Source: the human T2T-CHM13v2.0 reference genome, Homo sapiens. Taken from it: a stretch of 64,000 bases of DNA. The notes below the pieces were generated by a model, which saw nothing but the letters and a program-made list of their open reading frames with translations, was not told the DNA's origin and searched no databases. The position numbers and the translations under genes were made by a program. Location of the stretch: NCBI RefSeq assembly GCF_009914755.1, contig NC_060939.1. One strand, 5' to 3'. This document shows, piece after piece, positions 53,700-64,000 of this stretch; within the stretch, counting starts at the first letter, position 1, and every line of letters begins with the position of its first letter.

Positions 53700-54770
53700 T
53701 GCAACGTGACATGTTTAGGACTCTCAGGTCATTGCTCATTCCCCATATAATTCCACCACCTCCTCTGACCTGTCTCCCTCACCTCATCACCTCTTGAAAT
53801 TCTTACGCTTTTTTCCTAGGAACACAAGGTCAATCATGATCAAAATAACCTTTATGCGGAGCCTCTTCTGAGAAAGTTGTCTTCACTTTCTTGCTCTAAC
53901 TGAAAACTGCTCTGCTCTTATTGGCTCCTCTGTGGTCTTTTACATCCACCCTACCAAGGAGTCTGGAGGTCAGGAAGGTGCCATACTTCCTCTTCGTATC
54001 CCCTTCCAGATCTCTTTTTTCCCCTCATAAAACACTCAGCCTTGAACCTCAAGTAATTGGACTCTATTTTCCTCTACCTCTCTTTATTGCAGTTGTTTAC
54101 TGCCTCCCATCTTAGCCCACTCCCTCTTACTTTTTTTTGATTACTTTAGCTTTCAGTTAACTCTTTAATGCTACTCCTGTTATAATTCTTAGTGATTTAA
54201 TATCCATATTTATAATCTTTCCAATACACTGGCTTCCCAGACTGATAATATTAAAATGTCAGATCATGTCACACCTTGTTGAAAATTCTCCAGGGACTTT
54301 CTACTTTATGTAAGGAGCCTGATCATATAAGGCTTTACAAATCATAACACAGGCTCTGAATTTTACCGTTATTGTTCCTTCCAATCAGCTTCACAGATCT
54401 CCTTGGTACTCCATGTGCACTACACAAACAGTCCTGCCTTAGGGATTTCATACTGCTGTTCCCTCTGCCTGGAGTTCTCTTCTCCAAGAAGTATGGTTTG
54501 GTCTCTGTTTATTCAGATCTTGAATCAAAAGCCACCTTCTTATTGAGGTTTTCCATGAACATCTTATCTAAAATGCCAAAACCCCTGCTGAGATTTCATA
54601 TCTGAGTTCTTCCTTATGTTTTCTCATTAGCATTTATCACTCTGTAATACAGTATTTTATTATTCCCCACTAGAATGTAAGCTTCATGAGGGAAGGAGTT
54701 TTTGTCTATTTTGTGACTCCAGTGCCTAGGGAAGTGTCTGACACTTGATACTTAATGTTTGCTTATTATT
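53700..54770 (+). mobile_element. L2 (internal fragment plus 3' end)
   Basis: cttcttgctctaactgaaa-like ORF motif; cagatcatgtcac; ccccactagaatgtaagcttcatgaggg. Confidence 0.75.
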
Positions 54771-55428
54771 AACACATTGTCATTGGTAAAGTTCTTATCT
54801 GTTATGTTCACCATTCACTCATTGAATAGTCAGTTTATTTTGAAAATGAAACCTTCCAACTGAAATGGAATAGTCTATCTTTCATGGAACAATCACATGT
54901 CCACACCTTTTCCCTATTCATTCCCTAAAAGGAACCAAGCTGATGACCATCTCATAGCTCTTTCTAAAGCAAGCAGTCATACATAAGATCCATATTCAAA
55001 ACAGTTTTACTGTACTCAGTTTAAAAAATAATCCTGGTCCATGCTGGCATATTTTGGCACAATGAGATGATTAAGTGCCACAGCCCATACAAGATTGTCA
55101 AGTAGGGGAAGCCTGGTTTGGGTCCTGTGGGATATCCTCAATCAGCCCTCCTGTTCCTGTTTCAGGGTCCTCGTCTTCAGGTACTTTTACCACAGGGCCC
55201 TCTGGAGCCCTATATTGGCAGTGAACAGTTTATGGACAACTTGGGTCATGAACAGAGCTCAGTATAATTACATTAAAAATTAAACAACTTAAAATCTATT
55301 TGGTAAAGACTTAAAGAATAACCTCAGGTGGGGTTATTGTATTTTTAAGTGGAAATTATGAGAACTGCCTAGTTGCCCAGATGTAGAGAAGATAGGGAGA
55401 ATTCATGGGCTCAGAACTTTCAAGGCTG

Positions 55429-56251
55429 CGGGCAAAGGACATAAGCAGAAACTTCTCAAAAGGACATTTATGCGGCCAACAAACATGAAAAAAAGCTCAG
55501 CATCACTGATCATTTGAGAAATGCAAATCAAAACCACAATGAGATACCATGTCACACCAGTAAGAATGGTGATTATTAAAAAGTCAAGAAACAACAGATA
55601 CTGACGAGGCTGTGGAGAAATAAGAACACTTTTACACTGTTGGTGGGAATGTAAATTAGGTTGACCATTGTGGAAGACAGTCGGGGCAATTCCTCAAAGA
55701 CCTAGAGGCAGAAATACCATTTGACCCAGCAATCCCATTACTGGGTATATACTCAGAGGAATAAAAATCATTCTATTATAAAGACACATGCAACTGTATG
55801 TTCACTGTAGCACTAGTCACAATAGCAAAGACATGGAATCAACCTAAATGTCCATCAGTGATAGAATGGATAAAGAAACTGTGGTACATATACACCATGG
55901 AATACTATGCAGCCATAAAAAGGAAAGAAGTCATGTCCTTAGTAGGGACATGGAGGGAGCTGGAAGCCATTATCCTCAGCAAACTAACACAGGAACAGAA
56001 AACCAAACACTGCATGTTCTCCCTTATAAGTGGGGGCTGAACAAAGAGACATGGACACTGGGAGGGGAACAACAGACACTCGGGCCTCTTGAGAGGGAGG
56101 GAGGAGCATCAGGAAGAACAGTTAATGCATGCTGGGCTTAATATCTAGGTGATGGGTTGATAGATGCAGCAAACCACCATGGCACACGATTACCTATGTA
56201 ACAAACCTGCACATCTTGCACATGTATCCTAGAACTTACAATTAAAAAAAA
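55429..56251 (+). mobile_element. L1PA (PA10-13-like) 3' end
   Basis: ORF 55798-56040 resembles the ORF2 C-terminus; TSD tttcaaggctg at 55418-55428 and 56252-56262. Confidence 0.93.
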
Positions 56252-58249
56252 TTTCAAGGCTGAAGCCAAGAATACCTGTAGGTGTTTCTGACCCCATTTT
56301 TAGTTGTACAGAAGAAGGGATAATGATTACTTGGATTAATGCTTCTGAAAGTTTGCTGACCCCTGGTCTAAATGTTATTAAATACGTAACAAGTTCCCCT
56401 ACATATTGGTAAGGTGAAAAATATAGGTATATGACACATGACTGTGGAAGTAGAGACATTTGAATGCAGTAATAGAAAGGTTTAAAATCGGTAAGCCCTC
56501 TTTGTTAGTGAATTTAATTTCCTTCTAATAGACACATTTAAGAGTTGTAGTCATTACTCTAGCCTAGCTTTGAACTCGGCCGAGCCCTCCAGTCACCTTC
56601 TACACCTTTCCAATCATTTTGAGAAAAACTGGAGATGAAGTAGAGAGAAATGAGGCCTCAGGAGTGGAGCGGGGAGATATCTTAAAATTTTTCCTTTCAA
56701 GTCTGACGTATTGATCTCTGTGCTGGAGACATGAAAGCATACATAGAACATCATAAAGTATTTTGTCACATAAAAATGGGTTAACATTAGCAGTCACGTG
56801 ATTATTGGAGGTTTACTTTGGTCACTCATCCTGTTCTTCTAAGGTAAAGACAAACCAGAAATGAACAGCTTGTTAGTTACATTTCTCTTTGTGAAATATA
56901 TTTGTTCTTCCTTGATTTATAGACCTTTCTTTCAGGTGATGTGAAATAGAACTAATATAAACTGTATCAACACACACATATCCACCTTTAAAACTTCTAT
57001 GAGATGTAGCCTTAAGAAGTTACTGAACAATGGTTTTGAAAGGTTTCTCAAAATTATATGAAGAACAGTTTTATAATGCAAATGGTTTTTATAATTGACA
57101 AACATTTACATAATTTTCAATAAAATGTGTTCCAACACCTTGGCAAATTATTGCTTAATACTATAAAAATATGGCATTAATGAAATTGAAAAGACAAATA
57201 TCATCAGCTTAAGTATCAAAATCAATCTTCATTTGAAATTAATGTTATCAAATACAATATGTTATGTGAATGCAGATTGATTCTTTGACTCATTGTCTTA
57301 AATTTTAGACAGCTGACAGTATTGCATAGTTTATTTTGGAATTGTACTGCATGCTATGTGTCTAACATAATAAAAGCATTTATCAATGGAATAGTCACAG
57401 TTGGGAATTAAGTCTTGATTTAGGTAAATTACATTTTTAAGCTTATAGGATTAATATGAAGAAAAAAAGCTGGGATATTTTAAATGTTTATTTTAAAATG
57501 CACCTCTTAAAGTGAATTTCTACAGAATTAGAGAGTTTGGTGAAGTGAGGAGAAATGATATATTGGGAGACTGGAAAATTCAAGGTGACTTTTATAAAAA
57601 ATTGAATTGCCCTACTTTGGCTCAAATACTGAAAGTTTTCTACTTCGTAGATCTTTCTTTGCAGATGAAAACACAGAATGGTTCTGGTTCAGTTAGTGCC
57701 CTGCAGAGTGAATTATGAGAGGTGCAGGAATGATTTAGTGAGTTAGAGCTGCTGTTTTGACTTCTGAAAATGGTAAATATAGTCTGAAAACATCAGAAAT
57801 AATCACAAAAAATGACCCCATAAATCTTAAACACTTCATTGAAAAATATGTCCAAAAAATAATGCTCACCACATATTAGTGTTTCAGGTATAATTACAAC
57901 AAGAGGTTCCTTGAGTTCTCCAATTAAGCCAGTTTCTTAAGCTTGGCTAGTAAATAACTTGTGGCCAATTATATTTCACCTAAAATAAAAAATACTAGGA
58001 TAACATGGATATTTTTAATAAGATGAATGCTTATAGTTAGGGCATGACCCTGTGGTTAGAAAGCATCCCGTATAGAGTTTATTGATATGGACAGGAGTTA
58101 AAAGAATTTCCTTGGTTTCCAGCTTAATCAGTCTAGGGACCCGCATGTGCAAAAATTGTTTTTTTTTTTTAAATAATTCAGAATTTTTTAAAATTTTAAT
58201 TCCTTTAAAAAAGTCAAATGTTTTCCATCAAAGCTAACAACTTCAATTG

Positions 58250-58495
58250 CTGCTTCCTTAGAAGCCTTTCCTGACTTGCCTGCTAGGACACTTTCCGATA
58301 TTATACACTCTCATAGCACTTCATAGCAACATGTCTATGCATTTTCTTATGTGATTGTTTTATTATGTCTGTTTTACTCATCTGTATGTGACCTACATGA
58401 GTGCAGGGACCAGGGCTGCTTTTGTCATTGTATTTTTAGTGACTGTACAAAACATAATAAAAAGATATTTTTTGACTGAATAATGAATGAATGAG
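58250..58495 (+). mobile_element. L2 3' end
   Basis: cttccttagaagcctttcctgac...tgaataatgaatgaatga tail. Confidence 0.75.
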
Positions 58496-59434
58496 TCTGG
58501 TTCATAGTCCCGAGGGTCTTTATGGCTTATATAGTTAGATGGAATTGATAATATAACCCAGTAATACTCACAAAGTGACAGAAACATGTGCACAGAATAT
58601 ACTAGAGAAACAATATACTTCAAGTTCTGAGAAGTTTTGCTTCAAGGAATGATCAAGTGACAAAAATGTAGCATCGCTTCTACACTTAGCCAGTCATTTT
58701 AGCACATCATTTGGATGCAAGAGTAGTCACATCTCCTTATCTGAATGTATTAGGACTTTCTCATGTGCAAGTGATGGGAAACCTATCTCAAGTTGGCTGT
58801 CCACAAAGGGGAATAGAACTCAATTTCTGATAATATGTATAGTTAGGTATTTAAACTGACCTTTCCACTTAAAGCAAGTAAAAATGCTGGATTAACTACA
58901 TTTTCTAAAAAGTGTTAGAGATGCCATGATAGTGAGAAATCATACAGTTAATATCAAAAAGGTGGGAGCCCAGAGAGGTAAATTGAACATTAAATCTTGT
59001 TTTGACAAATAACATTTATCAAATCACAAAAGATGGCATTTCCCCAAGATGGGGCACCTAATGAGAGACCCTCCCTCAATAAAGCTGAGATTCAAAACAT
59101 CACTCTTCAGTGTAAAGGAGATCCAGAATTAAATCTTTAGTAGATCTCTACTCCCAGGGGACTGCAGGGAAATTTACTTTTGTACTGAGCAGAGCAGGGA
59201 GTTAAAAGGCAATGAGAAGTTTGAACAATATACTGGCTGGCCCTTAAGTGAATTGCTAGCTTAAATTTGCATCACTTTGATCCAGAAAATAGTTGGAGAT
59301 TGGCAGAAGCAAATTCAAATATTTGGATAAATGTATATATGTCCTAGGCCCTGAAAGAAGTTCCTCAGAAAATGTCCAAGTTAAATGACAAACTTACAGT
59401 TCTGGGTAACTAAGCACACAAGCAAACAAGAAAC

Positions 59435-60274
<840 letters not shown>

Positions 60275-61228
60275 TTATAAAACAACAAAGTAGACAGATT
60301 TGAAAATCTAAGGATGAATCAAACTATAAAAAGTGACAAGCTTGTAAGTAAACCAAATAGAACTTTAGGAAATAAAAAATTTAATAGCCTGAATTTAAAG
60401 CTCAGTGAATGATAAATTACATCACAGTAAAACTGATGAAAAAACTGAGTGGATGGGCCTAATAGCAGATGAAACTTGGGTAATGAATGAGAACATACTA
60501 ATGTTCTCATTACTAGAATACTAGAACTGGAGGACAGGTCAAAAGAAATTTTCCGAAGTGCAACACAGAGACAAAAAATGGAAAGCACACGTGAGGGCAG
60601 TAGAGGCTTAAGGCATAGAGTTAAAAATTGTAACATACTTCTAGTTAGAGCCCCAAAAGGAGAGGAGAGACAGAGTGAGGAAGAGTTGATATTTAAAGAG
60701 ATAGCAGTTGATACGTTTGGAATCTTTCATCAATTCCAGAAAACTAAGACACAAATAGCCCAAAGAACCCAAAGCATAATAAATAAAAAGAAACTAAGCT
60801 CTAGACTCATGGTGAACCCACAGAGAACTAGAGGCAAACAAAATCTTCAGGCAGAAAAAAAGATTAATTCCAATGAGTGGTAGTTAGTAGGCTTTCTCCT
60901 CAATGATAACAATAATCACATTCAATGGAATGTGATCCATAATAAGTTGAAAAATATATCTTCCAAAATACTATACCTTCAAATATGCCTTTCAAGAATG
61001 AAGGTGAAATAGAAAAGAAAAAAGAATAAAGGCAAAATAAAGATATTTTCAGACAAGCAAAGACCCTGACAGTTCATATCAGCAGTCCCTGACAAAAGAG
61101 TTTCGAAAGTCAGGTGGAAGAAAAATAATTCCATATTGACAATTTGTTATTGAAAGAAATAAGACCAAAAAAGTGAAATGTTAGTTTTACACAATATTAC
61201 TTAAATTTACTAACGTTTAATTGGGTTA

Positions 61229-61588
<360 letters not shown>

Positions 61589-62449
61589 TTAATATGCTAT
61601 GAGAAGATACATGCAATTTTTAGGATACCACTAAAAGAACAGAAATGGAAAGAAGTACAAACTAGTTGACAGAAAAATGGAAAAAGGAAAAATAATTCAA
61701 AAGAAGAAAAGAGGGAAAAAAGATATAGAAAAAGCAGGACAAATAGAGTATATAAAATAGCGTCATGACACAAGGTTTATAATTAATACATCTTTTTACC
61801 TAAACTCCAAGAAAAGTTTAAAAAATTAAAATAGTCAAACCAACCTAAAAATCGAGAAGATATAAATAAGGTTAAGAGTAAATATTGCCGAAATAGAAGA
61901 TGAACATAATAGAGAGGATTTAAAAGTTCCATAATTTGTTTCATGACTGACCTTATTAGAATTATTTTCCAAAGGGAGAAAGCATAACTAATGGTATCGG
62001 AAATGATTAAAGGAACATCACTACAGATCCTCTAGTTCTTAAAAGATTTATGCCACTAACTTTGAAAATTTAGAAGAATGAAAATATTTCTGTTAAAAAA
62101 TCAACTTACCAAAAAAAAAAAAACCCAAGAAGAAATAGAAAACATAATTACCTAATGATTAAAGGAACTGAAACCATCATTAAAACCAAAGAAAATTCCA
62201 AATCATATATATTCATCAGTGAGTTCTTAACCATTCCAGAAGAAATATTTTCAACCTAAAACTCTTTTGGGAAATAAATATGTTACTTCCCCAATTATTT
62301 TTATACTGTCAGAATAACCTTGATACCACCTATTAAGGATGAGAAAAAAATTAAGAGAAATGGAATAAGAACACAATATAAATAGAAATTTATAGAAAAG
62401 ATAAATATGTAATGAGAAAGTAAGGTTTAAACATTTAATATTGATTTAA

Positions 62450-62970
62450 CATCAAACATCTTTTGTGCACTACTTCAAATCCTCTGGCCCTACCTTTTAC
62501 TCCAACCGTTGTTAGGGAGACAGTGCCACACAGGCTTTAATCATATTTGCATAGCTGCAACCTGACAGCACCTCACCTCAGCCTTGGATATTTTTTCTTG
62601 CTTCCTGATTTTTTTCTGACGCTTCAATGTGAGGTGCTTGTGGGAACCTACTGGCACTCATCTTGTACCACATGAAAGTGAAGGAGTTAATATTTTGGGT
62701 GGCATTTTTTCCAATGAGAGGTCCCCTTTGGAGGATTGATAAATACTTGGTCCTTTCATCCCCTCAGTGGATGTAAATTCATCAGGCTTCTCAGAATGCT
62801 CAATGGGATTGAGCATCAGTTACCCTTAGAGGTGGCCAACTTGATAGGGCATCCTTGTATAGCGTATTCTCTATTGCCTCCAGGGCATCCTTGGACAGGC
62901 TATTCTCCTGTTTCATTTCCTTATCACTTCATTTCCCTTTCAATTCCCCTAGTATTCTTTGGGGGAAAAC
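62450..62970 (+). mobile_element. LTR16-family-like solo LTR
   Basis: gataaatacttggtcctttcatcccctcagtgg; atgggattgagcatcagttaccc...ggtggccaacttgata; ctttgggggaaaac end. Confidence 0.6.
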
Positions 62971-63198
62971 AGAATACTAATGTAATTTGCTCTATTAACA
63001 GATTAAAGGAGAAAAAAAATCATATGAAAATCTCAATAGACATAGTAAAATATAGAATTCAGCATCTATTCATGATAAAAACTTTAAAAAATCTATAACA
63101 GTAATTGAGTAAAAAGATAACCCAGAGAAGGGGAGAAAATATTTGCAAATCATGTCTGAGAGGGATTAATATTCAGTATAGAGAACCTCTAAAACTCA

Positions 63199-63675
<477 letters not shown>

Positions 63676-64000
63676 CTACTTTATATCCATTAGGATGGCT
63701 GCTATCACAAACAGAAAACAAATGTTGGTGAAGACGTGAAGAAATTGAAACACTTATGCACTATTGGTGGGAGTGTAAAATAATATAGCCGCTATGGAAA
63801 ATAGCACGACAGTTCCTAAAAAAATTAAAAATAGAATTACCACTTCTCCATATATACCTAAAAGAATTGAAAGCAAGGTCTCAAAGAGATATTTTGTATA
63901 CTCATCTTCATAGAAGCATTATTCACAAGCTAAAATGTGAAAGCAACATAAGTGCTCATCAACAGATGAATGGACAAACAAAAATGTGGTATAAACATAA

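Noticed and set aside
56830-57140. Possible + strand short intron (56844-56935) and terminal exon with AATAAA near 57119
   Set aside because: These motifs are common in very AT-rich DNA and there is no supporting upstream exon or ORF.
60578-60883. 101-aa ORF as a possible domesticated L1 ORF1 (L1TD1-like) gene
   Set aside because: Short, heavily diverged, with interrupted flanking ORF1 sequence and a non-ATG-supported context; best read as a neutral remnant.

Overview
This is primate (human-like), AT-rich, repeat-dense non-coding DNA, either intergenic or deep intronic. I cannot name the locus. No protein-coding gene, RNA gene, CpG island or CRISPR array is supported. The ORF track is explained by Alu, L1 and LTR fragments and chance ORFs; 60578-60883 is a decayed L1 ORF1 remnant. 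The window contains a two-LTR, non-coding class I (MER65/MER4-group-like) provirus at 2177-9492 (minus) with a 4-bp TSD, PPT and tRNA-Leu PBS. It also has 14 Alus, including a near-pristine AluY at 42292, large decayed L1M blocks, several L1PA/L1MA 3' ends, about 11 solo LTRs (six LTR16-like), Tigger3b, MER5/MER58 DNA elements, and L2/MIR fragments. The best signal not explained by repeats is an ungapped 83-bp inverted repeat in apparently unique sequence (21841-21923 and 23006-23088). On a + strand RNA it would pair with 78 Watson-Crick pairs, 4 G-U pairs and one A-C mismatch around a 1082-nt loop. Other leads are a candidate recursive splice site (14309/14310), a young Alu in the polypyrimidine tract of a candidate 35-nt minus-strand exon, a triplicated Alu target site, a TSD-flanked L1 5'-end-like insert, and a strong orientation bias of solo LTRs. 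None of this demonstrates a new biological system. Repeat subfamily names come from memory of consensus sequences, and boundaries of old elements are approximate.
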